Source: Lama glama
Taxonomy: Eukaryota
Assembly (NCBI GenBank): GCA_028534125.1
Contig: CM052849.1
Span: 310,001-374,000 of the forward strand
Direction of reading: 5' to 3'
Length of the DNA: 64,000 nucleotides
The notes below the pieces were generated by a model. The model ran no database searches. It saw nothing but the letters and a program-made list of their open reading frames with translations, and was not told where the DNA came from. The first letter of the stretch is position 1, and each line of letters begins with the position of its first letter. The translations under genes were made by a program, and so were the position numbers. Shown in pieces: positions 1-14,800 of the stretch.

Positions 1-2175
1 AAGACTGAGACCAGGCCGCTCAGCCCCACTGCAGACACTGTGCTTCTCCTGATCTCAAACCACCGCCAACCCGCTCCTCCCGCCAGATTTGTCTCACCCT
101 ACAAGGCTTTCTTTAAAAATCCTTTCCTTGATTACCAAGGGTAACAGTGAAAACATGTAATTGAATCTCCAAGAAATCACCATTTTTATACCTTGCGCCC
201 AGTTCCTGAGATGGATTAACCGCCTCCCTGCAGGGCAAGCGGCTCACAGAGCATCACCGAGGTGTGGTCCTGCCCTTTACCACTGATGCAGGCCTTCTTA
301 AGAAGGATGCCTCGCACTGCCTCCCAGGGGGCGTCTGCGGCTCTACCACACAGTCCTGGGTGGGCAGCGGTCGGCTCGAGAGGCAGGTGGACGGTGGGCT
401 CCTTTGCTGGGATGCTGTGGACAGTTGGTGGGGGCAGAGGGAGGGAGGGGCAACAGTGAGCAGTCCTGGAGAGAAGCGGGTGTTACCCACCTGCCTCATC
501 CTGTTGACCAAAGCTGACCCCAGGAGCTGACTATCCACTCAACTGGGCTGGGCACCCAGGGGTCCCAGGGAATCTCAAGGTCAGTGGCGGGAGTAGGTGA
601 CCGGAATTTGAATGGTCAGTAAGTTTGTGAGCTGGTTATCTGGTGGATTTGGTGGTCACAGGTAGCTGCTGGGTGAGGTAACGTGGCTCCTGTGGGCTGG
701 GTGGGTGGGCTTCTGGGTGGTGGAGAAGCTGAACCACCCAGGCTATGGACTGAGTTTGCTCCAAGTGTTTGCAGCTGCGCTCAGCAGACACAACTGCAAA
801 CAAAGGGCCTAATAGTGAGAGTATTCATGTGAGAAAGCAGTGGGTGGGTGCTAGTCTCTGAGCCCTGGGGAGGGGAGGGGCAGAATCAGCTTCCCATCGT
901 GAGTGTCTGGGAGGATGCATGCCAAGGGCAACCAGCTGGGGTCACCAGGGGCCTGGGATGCTGGCTCCAGAGGCCCAGCCTTCCCCTGAAGCTCAGCTCC
1001 CTGGAGGAGCCCAGAGGGGACCGGAATTGCTAAAGGGATGGTCCGCCGGGGGACAAGGCCAGGCTCAAGTCCCACAGGTCCAGGGTTTAGAGAGCCTGTG
1101 CCCTCTACCTTCTCCAGCTTGCAGCCCCATTCCCCAAACCAGGAGCCCCCAGGCCCTGCCCACTTCCCACTCTCAGGCCCAGCCACATCCAGACCAGGCC
1201 CACTCCCAGAGCCCAGACAGCCACCCTCACCACCCCAGTAATCAGCCCCACACCCCAAAACCCCATCTCGCCAGGACAGAGCCCCGACCTCCAACCTGGC
1301 TCCAAGGGCCCGAGGGCCTCAGTCAGGGTTGGGCCCCCCAGGGGGTCTTGGGGTCCAGTCCCACCCAAGTCCGGGAGCCCCCAGGCCCCACCCCCCACCA
1401 GTGTGTACCCTTGATGCTGCTGTGACAGGATGATGGAGCATGGAGGTGCAGAGAGGGGTTCAGAGTGCGTCCTCTGTGCCAGGACCGTGTGATCACTCCC
1501 AGAAGTGGCCGTGCCCTGCTGCCCGGCCAGCCCTCTGCCCCGGGCCAAGGCGCAGGCGGCGTCTCTGGGCACAGAGCCCCCAAGCCCCCGACCCTACGCC
1601 ACCGCTACTGCTCCTTGGGGGCCGGGCACCCCCGCCCCTCGGCCTTCTTCCCGTTCCTCTTGCACAGCCTGTACCTGTGGTTTGCACCTTGGAGACCCTG
1701 CAGGCGACACCTGTCTTGACCCCCATGCTGGCCCCCTGAGGGTCCTGGACACCCAGCCTGCCTCCTGCAGACGCAGACGGGCTCTAAGCTCTCAGCACCC
1801 AAGCTACATTCTAGCCACGGTCCCACTGCTGGGAACCTGGGCCCCGTCTCACCAGCCAGGGCTGCTGGGAGGGTCCTGAGAGGGAGGGTCCCACACTGGG
1901 GGAGCCCAGCCTCTGGGGAGGGAGCAGGCAAGGGGCTCTGAGGAGTGGGGGTGGGCCGCAGGGTAATTTGTTCAGTGTGAACAGTGGGGTAGAACTGGCA
2001 AGGGGCGTTCAGACCCCCATGGCACCGCATATCCAGGTGGGGAGGGGTTTCTCCCCTAGCACTGCCAGAAGCTTAGGCCTGGGTGGAACCACCCCTGACT
2101 CCTCCCTGGCCCAGGATTGTCCTCCTGCCCTGGGCTGGGATCCCCTAAAGCCAGCCGACAGTCTGCAACATTGTG

Positions 2176-2189
2176 GCGCCATCTGGTGG
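2176..2189 (-). promoter_or_regulatory. CTCF core motif
   Basis: Minus strand CCACCAGATGGCGC fits CCASYAGRKGGCRS. Confidence 0.55.
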
Positions 2190-3585
2190 TGGATTCTGGG
2201 ACCCACACCTGGCCAGCCAGGAGAGGATGGGGTGTCCTTCAGAGGGAGGGAGAGCCCAGCACCAAGGTCTCCGTCCCTTACCTGGCCATTGGTCTCATTC
2301 AGCCCCTTTGGGCCCATTTCCCAGACTCAGGGATGGGCCCCAGGGGCTCATGGCCCAGCACTGCCCACTCCCAGCAAGATCTGGCTGAGGGCAGAGGGTG
2401 GAGAGACGGGTGGGCAGATGTCCTGGCTTCTGGCCCTGTAAGGACCTGGTGAGGTGACCCTGGTGTTGGCCATCAGGCGCTCTGGCCATGCTGGCTCCCC
2501 AGGCACCTTTTTCTGGCTGGCAGGAGCAGATGGTCATGGGGGTGTTGAGAAGAGGGTGAGCTCAGTTGGGTGGGATCCTCTGGGGGTGGTTTCTGGGCTC
2601 AGGCAGAGGTAGGTGCATCCAGTTCACCACCCCCGGGGTACAGGGGCCCTGGAAGTCCCAGCGTGGCCACCTCCCCAGCCTGGAGCTCTCAACACCACGG
2701 CTAACAGTAATATATTGAGAGTATTTTCCTTGACACTCTTATTATCTCTTCTGATTCTTAAATAAAACATGTGAGCAGCGGCTGTCCAGAGAGTCACGCA
2801 GGAAGGGGAGACAAATGGCAGGCCCCAGCTCTGGGAGCTGCTCGGTCACACAGGGGGCGGGGAGGACACGGGGGCAGGCCCCTACTCCGAGCCTCCTCCT
2901 CTAAAATAGAACCACGGAGGAAGTACCTCATGGGCCCTGCCCCCAGTGCCTCCTCTGACCTTCACCTGCACCCAGTCCCCAGGGCCCATCCCAGCCTGTC
3001 TCCATCCCGCAGGGCTGCTCCACTCATCTGGGATGTGCCTGCCCTCTGGCCCTGGGGGGCTGTCACTCCCCAGGCCACCCCTCCCTCACACAGCCACACC
3101 CAGTGGACGTGTCCTCCTGGCTATAAGCTAGCCACCTCCTTGTGCCCCAGGAGGGCACAAGACCACCCTCAGAGGCCCCTGGACCCCAGCCCCAGGCCAC
3201 TGTGTCTGTTACACTCAGAGCACAGGAGAGCTCACAGCCCCAGGCCCTGGGAGGAAGTGAGGTCTAGAGTGATATGAACCCTAGGGAGCAGCCTGGGGCT
3301 GCTCCAGGACCCCTGCAGCACCTGAGGGACATTCATGGTGGCTCCAAGGGCTGGAGGAGGCAGGTCTGGGCCAGGAGCCCAGGTGAGGAGGCACAGAGAT
3401 GGGGCTCTTCCCAGGGGTCTATGGCTGGTCCTGGGACCCCAAGTTCCATCTGCACAAGGTCTGTGTGGGGCCACAGTGAGTCCTGGCAGGAGCACCAGGC
3501 TGCTCAGGGAAGGATGGAGGGCACCTCCTCTCTCTCCGCAGTCCAACCCTTCTCCTCACAGGCTCCAGGCTCCCTGAGGCCATCG

Positions 3586-3660
3586 GGCGTCATGGCAACA
3601 TGAGCAGGAAGCGGCTGCCATGGCAACTAGCATCCAGGGAGGTGCGTGCTGCCTGGCAAC
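3586..3660. promoter_or_regulatory. Cluster of three RFX X-box-like motifs
   Basis: GGCGTCATGGCAAC 3586-3599, GCTGCCATGGCAAC 3614-3627, GCTGCCTGGCAAC 3648-3660. Confidence 0.6.
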
Positions 3661-6439
3661 AAGGGGGCCGTGGCCTGGCGCACCTCACGATGCGCTCAAG
3701 CCACGCTTACTCCTGTGGCCAAGAAATTGGGTGGTGCAGACTCACACCCGCCCCTACATGACATCCTGGAGCCCAGACTCGATGCAGACCCCCTCTCCGA
3801 TCAGGACACGGATTTACAGGGCGCTTCACACACATTAGCGTTCCTGTCCCTATTCGTGGAGATGTCAGCACAGCTGGGGATCCCTCTGAAAGCCCCCACC
3901 CCCTGGGGCATTCTCAAGCTCAGGGCCACGTCACAAGGACCACAGGATGGGGGTGAGATCCCAGAGGGTTGGGATCTCAGGGCCCGGCTTTGAGCCACCA
4001 GCAGCCTACCAGACGGGGCACAGCCAGGGTCAAGGTTGCATCTGGGAGCCTGGGGTTCCAGGCCGGGACGGTGGGCGGTAAGGCTCTGGCGGACAGGCCG
4101 GAGCTCCTGCGTCACCGGGTGCCCCGAGTGCCTCCTCCCGCACCCAGCCTGGTGCCCAGGTGAGACTTGAGGCCAGCGGTCCCTGTCTTAGGGCTGTCAC
4201 TGCCTTTATTACAGGTGGAGTCTTCTCTCTCCCCACTTAACATTCCTGGGCACCTGCTGGCACCTGACAGGACACTGCCCCCACCAAACCCCACTCCACT
4301 CAGGAAGCCTTTCTTAGTCCCCATCTCGAGTTGCTCCCAGAAGAGTGCCCTGAGCTGAGCACACCCTGGAGGCTCCCTCCTCCCTGGTGGCTGAGCAGAC
4401 CCCCAGCCGGCTGAACAGTTTGGGGGAGCGCACAGGGGCCCACTGAGCCTGGGTAGGGCCCTAGGTCGGTCCTTCCCAGCCCATCCCCAGCCACAGCCTG
4501 TCGTTAAGGCTGCACAGATGCACCCCCACCCTAGAAACAGAGGGGCCTCCTGGGGCCGGGGCCACGTGTGCCCAGCTGGACACACACTGTGGACTGTGTG
4601 TGCCCCCTGCTCTGTTGGTGAGCCCCCTGAGGCAATGCCTACAGAGTATCTGTCCCATAAAGAGGACAGGAGCGAGGCCACCTGCAGACGAGGGATGCTG
4701 ACAAACTTCTTCGGATGGGAAGTGGGGGCTGACTTGGCCCCCTGAGTGTGGATGAGGCAGGGCCCCTAAACCAGTCTGGCTAGGGGATGGCTTGGGATGG
4801 CCATCCAGTATGCATGAGGGACAGCAGGTGACACCGGGACTGCCCAAGCAAACTCCCTGAGCTGTCCCCCTCTCCAGACACCTGCCCAGAGGCAGGAGGC
4901 CTTCCTTCAGGGGATTGACTTTGGGACACTCCAGCTCCTAACAGGGAGAAAAACAGCCCAGCTCCACCCCGTCTACCTGCGCACAGGAGTAGGAAACCAG
5001 ACACTTGACGGCAGGGCCTGATAGGAAGGTTTCAGACCAGACAGAAGAAAAGAACCACAATGAAAGCGCAGGAATCGAAAGCTCCCCTCCCCTCAAAGTC
5101 CACTTTATCCCTAAAACAGAACAGGAAGCTCTGAAAAAGAAGAGGGGTTCTCAAAGAACGGCAGGCAGAGAAGTCTAGAACTGTTAAAGTGTGGCTGCAG
5201 CAGGGCCTGGGCGGCAGCGCCAACGACCAGGGCGCCTCAGCCTCTGCGGGAGGCGCCCTCTGAGCTGACGGCCCAGCCTCACACCCAGCAGGCGTGAGGT
5301 CTCAGTAAGATGCCTTCAGACTTTCGAGGTAGCTCATGATCTAGACCCGAGGGATAGACCTCTGAGAAACTCGGAGTCTAAAACCAGTGCCGGTCAACCA
5401 GGCATCGGCGACTTGGCCGGCTCTGCGGGTGAGTCCCTGCCGTCTCACTGGGCTTGTCAACCCTGCTAGAGGCAGCTGGGGACCAGCTGAGTGACAAGAG
5501 CCGCCCTCCCTGCGACCTCGCATCCCATAGCAAGGTCGTGCCCTCCCTCTGCCCTCTGCAGAGGGTCCCCTGAGCACCAAGAGAGCCAAGGCCCAACACA
5601 AAAGCGTTGTTCAGATCTCTGCTGCCCACACGTTGGTAACAGCCCACTGGCCCAAGCCAGCCCCCAGCCTGGCCTGGAGTCCAGGGTGAATAGAGGGACC
5701 CCGGCTGTTGCAGAGGGGCAAGGACAAAGGGACAGGAGGGAGGTGATCAAGCTTCCTCTAATCCATCTTTCTGCTTAAGGGTGCACCCGCAGGACAAGGG
5801 AGGGAGCTGAGAAAGGGGCAGAGAGGTAGGGGCTCCGAGCAGGGGTGCAATGGGACAGACCGCATGACAGATGCTGGAAAGAAGGGAGGAGAGACCGTCC
5901 AGGGGCCTGCCTCGGGCTCCACCCCTGGACGCCCTCTGCAGTTGTTAAAAAAATACTCTGAGGAGGAGACTCTGGTCCCCCCACTCCCCCACACACACCC
6001 CTCCCCGGCACTGAACAGCAGGTGGCCTTGGGCACAGGACTCAGTGTCTTCCTGCCTCAGTTCCCCCACCTGTAAAGAGAGGCTAGTAACTGTCCTTGCA
6101 GGACTGAAATGTTTAATAAATGATTTTTAGAACCTTGGAGATATGTTAGGTAAAAAGCTAGGCTGTAGGGCGCCCCCTGTGTGAGGAGTGAGGCCGTGAG
6201 ACTTGGCTGTGCGGGATGAAAGGTCAGCATGGCTGCACTCAGGGGCACGGGCGTGGGGTCACACTGGACACCTTGTCTGTTGACTGATTCTGTTCTCACC
6301 ACGTGTCTGAGTGACCGGCTGAGGCGGGTGTGGTAAGGAAGACGCAGAGGGCTGACAGCTGGGGCCGCTTCAGGAGCAGGGACCTGGTGGGAGGGGCCCT
6401 GCCAGCCCTGGCTCTGGCCACAACCCCAGCCCATTATGA

Positions 6440-8871
<2,432 letters not shown>

Positions 8872-9568
8872 GCCGAAGGCCCAACGGCCCCAGCGAGGAG
8901 GAGGCCAGGCAGTCAGCGCTGCCCCTGGTGCCCAGCAGCCATTCTGGCCCCTGCCCATGGCACGGCCACGCACTGTCCCTGCCAGGAGCCTTGGAGAAGG
9001 ATGGAGGCAGGGTCTGTCTTGAGGGCTGGGCCTGTGGTGGACATATAGTCATGACACACATGGCCTGTGAGCTTGTTTCCATGGAAATGGGGTGGGGCAA
9101 GGGCCTTTGCCACCTTCTGAGGCCAATCTTGCCGTCGGGGGTCCCTCAGAGTGGCGCCCCTGCCTCATCCCCCATGCTCCAGCCTCCTGGCCCATGGCAG
9201 CCTCTCCAGAGGAAGCCCCCAGCCCTTCCCAGAGGGGCTCTGAGGGTGTGCAGGGGGAGCTCCACTAAAAGTAGGACACGATTCTTCAGGCCTCACCCCT
9301 GGGGCCGACCCAACCAGCAGACCACAGGGATCAGGGTCTCAGCCCTGGCTCTGCTGACCCAGTGGCCTCATACCCCTCACATAACCCTGTTCCTATCTGG
9401 CTGACCACCCTACCCTCCCCACACCTGCCCAGTCACCACCATGACCCCTGTTCCTGTTCCCTCCCCAACCCAGGGTCCCTGTCCAGTCCAGGCTCCTGGC
9501 ACTGCCCAAGGCTCGAAAGACGGGGGACCACATTTGTGGACAGAGTCATGGAGATAAACACCAAAGAT

Positions 9569-9574
9569 TTTATT
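9569..9574 (-). terminator. Poly(A) signal AATAAA, probably for the ZDHHC8 alternative-last-exon isoform
   Basis: Plus-strand tttatt about 735 nt downstream of the alternative stop at 10309. Confidence 0.55.
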
Positions 9575-10308
9575 TAGTGCATGAAAGTGGGGTGGGAGGG
9601 ATACCTTTCGAACAATAGAGAACCGCTTTGTGGCTGCTCACCCCCAAGTGGGAGAAACAGAGCCCCCGCCCAGGCAGCAGGCGGCCAGGGCCCCACCCCT
9701 CCCCTGGAGGTGGCCCTGCCCAGCTGTCTGGGGATGGCAGGGCTGTGGGCAGCCAGGCCCTCTGAGCTCCCCAGGTGCGAGAGCATCTCCGAGTGGAGTC
9801 AAGACCGCCCAGGCGGGGCCAGGGCAGAGCATGAGCAGAACCGTGCTGGACAGCGGGGTCACCCCGCCCTGGCCAGGCCCCTGCGGCCCACCTGGTGGGG
9901 GCTCCAGGAGGTTAAGGCATCTGTCCGTGTGCTGGGTGCGGGGAGAGGGGAGCGCACTGATCCGCAGGGGCACCTGAGGCCCCTACTCGGCCTACCACAG
10001 AGCCCAGGCTCCCTGGGGAGGAAGTGTCATGTAAAGTGCTCGGTCAGACAGGGAGGTTGGGGACGAGGCACCTGGGAAGGCCGTGCTGGTCCCAGCAGCC
10101 CAGGGGCCTCTGCCTGGGGCGTTGGAATCTCTGCAGCAGGTGGGGACTTCCTGAGGTGGGAGGGCACAGGGTCACGGGCCCTGGTGGGCTCGGGGTCAGA
10201 CAAGGTGCAGCTGGTGGACAGGGGACCCCAGCCCACATCCCAGGGTCCGTGGCAGCCTGCCTCCTGGGCTGTCCTTCTGGGCTGGGCTGTCCTGAGCCCT
10301 GGAGTGGC

Positions 10309-10534
10309 CTACTTGGAGTCCCGCTCAGGCCCCGAGAGGCTGGGGAAAAGGCTGGAGGCAGCCGAGTGCAGGCGGCACACAGCCCCGCGGTAGGGCGCCC
10401 CAGCAGCCGGGCTCCAGGAGGCCCGCAGAGCTGGGCGGTCCTCAGGGAGGCCGAGGTGGCACAGGTGCAGGCCGGGGGGCGCCCGGGGCTGGCCACGCCG
10501 CCCCCATCCACGGCTGCAGGTGCCGGTCCACCCC
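10309..10534 (-). CDS. ZDHHC8: ZDHHC8 alternative terminal exon (isoform lacking the PDZ ligand, 783 aa)
   Basis: Acceptor ccgcag at 10535 is phase-compatible with exon 10 (ends CAG AG). Reads R|GWTGTCSRGWGRRGQPRAPPGLHLCHLGLPEDRPALRASWSPAAGAPYRGAVCRLHSAASSLFPSLSGPERDSK*, resembling the recalled C-terminus of the longer human isoform. Minus-strand AATAAA downstream at 9569-9574. Confidence 0.72.
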
Positions 10535-10980
10535 CTGCGGTTGCAGCGTCCCATGAGAAAGAAGCAGAAAGTGGAGGTCAGCAAGGCAGGACCACCCCCA
10601 CTGGGCGCCCGAGGCCCGCGCACCTCCCACGTGGCTCTGGAAACCTGTGTGCTCCTGTTGCCCCCGCCCCAGGGGCCGCAGCTACAGGACGTGGCGGTGG
10701 CCCCACAGGCCTCCAGCCAGCGGGCACTCCTTACTCCCGGAGCCCCGGGGGCCCCTGAGGCTGCTGCAGCCCCAGCCGCTCTCCAAACAGCCTGTCACTG
10801 CCAGGGATGACGCAGACCCAGGGGAGCCTCACGCCCGTCAGCCAAAGACCAGCCGGCCAGCCCCCACCTCCCCGGCCTCCAACTCGGCATAAGTCAGCGG
10901 CCTCTCCCGGAGCTGGACCCGCTCTTCCCCCCACCAGGCCAGGGGCTCAAGGAAAGGATCAAAATGACTCTTTTTCTTTT

Positions 10981-10986
10981 TTTAAT
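10981..10986 (-). terminator. Poly(A) signal ATTAAA of the main ZDHHC8 3' UTR
   Basis: Plus-strand tttaat at the end of an AT-rich tract about 870 nt downstream of the EISV stop. Confidence 0.65.
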
Positions 10987-11857
10987 AAAATTATAGATAT
11001 ATAGATGTAGATATAAAAACATAAAACAGACACAACGCAAGCGGACGCTGCCGTGTGCTTACTCGCGGGTCCCTGGCGCCAGACAAAACGCCGACCCTCC
11101 CCGATGTGCTTCCCACATGGGCGCGGAGGCTCCAGCGGGGCCTGGATGCTGCGTGCCTTGGGTGGGGGTCTTCTGGGCCCCCTGTGGCTGCTCCCCCGGC
11201 CCCCAGAGCCTCCCACAAGAGCATAAAGCAGAGGTTAAGGCTTCGATTAAAGCGAGTTTCCCGGCAGTGGGAGCAGCAGGGCCTGAGCATTAACACATGG
11301 GACGCAGCAGGGCAGCTCAGCGCACAGACACGGGGACACGCCCACCAGCTGGGCCAGACGAGACACACGGAGCCAGGACCCCACCCACAGCTGGCTGCCC
11401 GTTTGCCCACGGTCCCTCAAAACCCAGAGCTGGGCCTGGACTCCCCGCAGAAGAGAAGGCCTTGCCAAGCCACAAGCTTCCAGAGGGTTAGGAGCAGCCG
11501 GGTGGCAGGGTCCTCGGTCTGGGAGGACCCATCTGTAAGGGAAATGGGTGGGCACTGGCCTGGTGACAATCTCAGGGGCACAGGTGCAGTCCAGCCCCCA
11601 TGCTGGCCCCGCCCATGGGGCCAGCACATAGATCCTGCAGCCTCATGGCCCTTGTCTGGGCTGTGCCCTGGTGAGCAGATGGGTGGGTGGCCGGGCCGAG
11701 GACGAGGGATAGGCTCGTGGAGGCGTGGTTCTCTCTCCCGCCGATGCGTCCACACCAAGCCTGGGCCTCCTCTCCCGGGGCAGAGAAGTTGGGAGGGGGG
11801 CAGCCGCTGGGGCTTCCTGGCTCCCATGGTGCCACGGCGACGAGTGGCAGTCAGTCC

Positions 11858-14800
11858 TCACACCGAGATCTCGTACGTGGTCCCACCCACGCCGGATACT
11901 TTCTTAACGAGCGTGTGCCGCGTGGGGCTGGCGGAGGGCCCCAGGGGGCCGGTGGCAGGGCCCAAGCGGGCCAGGCCCGGGGACTGCCCATTAAGCTTAC
12001 TTGGGGGGGTCTTCAGCTGAGGGTGGTCCCTGCATCAAAATAAGCAGACATACGCACGCACACGGTGAACACGGGACCACGGCAGGACAGAGGCCAGCAG
12101 AGGCAATGGGACAGAGGACACAGACACAGATGGAACCCTGGGCAGCCCCTGATCTGAGTGCAAAAGCTCTCACATGGAGCTGCGTCAGGGCGCAGAGCCT
12201 GCAGGGGAAGGGCCCTGCTGTCACAGGACAGAGAGACACCAAAATGGCCTCCCAAGCCACTGGGTCACTCCCACTGGACTGGCACAGACCACACAATACA
12301 GGGAGGTCAGAGGGACGCTGGCCAGTTGAGACCCTGGACCCTGCCCTGTCCTGGTGCCCCGAGCTTTGGAGCCCAGAGGTGACTAGGTGGCCTCCTCCCT
12401 GCTCCCTCCTAGGAAAACGAGGGGCTGCCCTTCTGCCCCCCAGCCTATCCAGCACTGACCAATGGTGTGGTCGACACTGCTGCCCAAACATTCATGTGGG
12501 CAGGAGCCCCTCCCTCCTTTGGCTGCCTCTTGGCTGGCACCCTCTTGACCTGCACCCACAACACCAACCTCCTGGCCAACCCATCCCTTGCTCCCAGCAG
12601 CTGGCTGACGCCTGGTGATGTCCAGCATGGGGCTGGCACACAGCAGGTGCTCAGCTCTCGTACTTGGACCTGACCCTGACAGGCAGCCAGCCCGCACCCA
12701 CCTCTGGGGCCTGGGACCTGCTGCCCACTCTGAGCCTAAGCTTTCCCATCTCTGAGCAGGGAAGCCCTTGCTTCCTGGGCCTGTGTGCACCCAGGGTGGC
12801 ATGTTTTCTGTGGGGTGACATCCCCCTGACTCAGCCTTCTGGATGGGGCCAGTGGCACCAGGGTCTCCCACACACTGGGTCTGTGCGGTGGGGGCAGAAT
12901 GTAGGGCATTGGGCTCAAGATTCAATCCTTCTGCCCCCGTTCCCAGACCTGCTGGGAAACCCTGGAACTGGGCAGCCCTCACATAGGCCACCAGAAGCCT
13001 TCAAGGTGGGTGAGGCCCTCCCCGCTAGGCAGCCACAGGCCTCCCGGGCAACCCACATGAGCTTGGCCAAGAGGTCCTGCAGGCGGCCAGAGAGCTGCCC
13101 CGTGCCAGGAAGCCAACTGCCACCCCAGCACCCACCTCTGCATGGCCAGTGAGGGCGGCGGTTCCGGGAGGTCCGTGTGGATGAAGGCGACGGCTTTGGG
13201 GCCCCCGTAGGAGGGCGAGCGAGGAGTGCCGGGAGGGGACGGAGGGACCTGGCGTGCGGGCGACCTGTGCGAGCCACTGGGGGGCCGGGTCCCTGGGGCA
13301 CTGCTGTTAGTCAGGTCGGCCTGCAGGGAGGAGGAGGAGGTCCGTGGCGCCCGGCTCACGGCACTGGACAGCGAGGACAGTGAGGCCTGTAGCGCCGGGT
13401 TGCGGGCGCCTCCGAAGCCGGGCCCAGCCACCAGGTCATCCCTGGAGCCGTAGCGCAGCGCCGGGCCGCGGGGGCCCTCAGACAGCACACTGGCCTGCTG
13501 CAGGCTGTAGGAGCTGGGCGCATCGTAGACGCCCGAGTCTCCGAAGAGTGAGTCGGCCTGAGAGCGCAGCAGCCTCTCGCGCTCCTCCCTGTCCTTGCGC
13601 TCCTGGATGGAGGCCATGATGGTCCTGGACAGGTTGTCGTAGCGCACTGGCGAGGGCTCCCGTGGCCGGGGACCCAGCACGGGGCTGAAGCTGCGGAGCG
13701 GGGGCCGCGGGGGGTCACCCACTGCCCCTGCATGCAGGTAGGGAGCACGGTAGCCAGCCACACCCGCCGAGGGGTGGGCCGGGCACGCGTGGCCCCCAGG
13801 CGAGCCAGGGTTCAGCAGGCTGTCATAGGACAGGCTGCCGTTGCGGTTGGGCAGCGCATGGGAGGGGAAGATGCTGCGGTGGGGCGTGGGGGGCCCACCC
13901 TCGGAGCGCAGGGGCTGCAGGGCCATGTGATCCCCACCCCGCCGGCTTGCAGCCTTGAGGCTCAGGGAGCGCAAGGCACCCGAGAAGGTGTCAGTGGCGC
14001 TGAGTGGTGGGGATGGTGGGTAGGCCGCGTGCAGGCCACTGGGCGGGTAGTCAGGAAGGTCCAGGCTGGGCTCAGATGCAAAGTCCAGGCTGTGGATGCT
14101 GTCCTCCCCCAGAGTCAGAGAGTCAGGGCCCGTGACCTGCAGGGAGAGAGGGTGATGTCCACCTCTGCCCACCGGCCATGCCCTGCCTGGTCACCAAGTG
14201 CCTTGTGCACACTTGGAGGTGGCAGTCCTGGTAGCATCAAAGGTAGCAGCAGGTGCAACTGAGTTGTTCCCAGAAGCTCTCTGTCCCCTGCCCACTACGG
14301 AAGGAAGTAGGGACAGGTCGGAGGGGAGCAGGGCTCCAGTATCTCCCCAGGGAAGGCTGCACATCTGACCCTGCTGCGCTCCCCCGGTGAGAAGGGGGTG
14401 CAGGGTCAGCCTGGGGAGCAGGACCTGGAGGAGACTTGATAACTCCACAGCGACCCAGGGCCCTCCCCCGGACACCCCACAGCTGAGGGGCAGGGCGGGC
14501 AGTGCAAGGCCAGAGCTGGCTGCTGCAGACACCAGGGTGGTACCCTCGGAGACTACCCAGCTTGGGCTTGGGCTGGGACAAGAGCCTGTGGAACCTCAAA
14601 ACCCAGAAGGGGCGTGTTTGGGGGCAAATATAACCTCAAGGCACTTGGCAAACCAGCTGGACCCTTCGTAAGACACAGGACAATCCCAGGAAGGGGGCAA
14701 CCACCTAAAGATCCCCTTTCCCCAGAAGGGCCACCACACACTGGCCAGGGAGGCCCAGAGTGACTGCCTGGACCAGTGGGCCCCAGAGGCAGGGTCAGGC

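Noticed and set aside
1-250. Possible LTR fragment at the window start
   Set aside because: Composition is suggestive, but I cannot match a family.
1440-2030. CpG-retaining segment with several overlapping ORFs
   Set aside because: No recognisable protein and no consistent exon chain; needs BLAST or RNA-seq.
3746-3849. Possible minus-strand non-coding exon (AG...GTGAGT)
   Set aside because: Weak polypyrimidine tract and no partner exons identified.
11055-12020. 321-aa plus-strand ORF (likewise 9581-10393 and 18166-19125)
   Set aside because: Antisense to ZDHHC8 UTR or intron sequence, Pro/Gly/Arg-rich, with no recognisable family.
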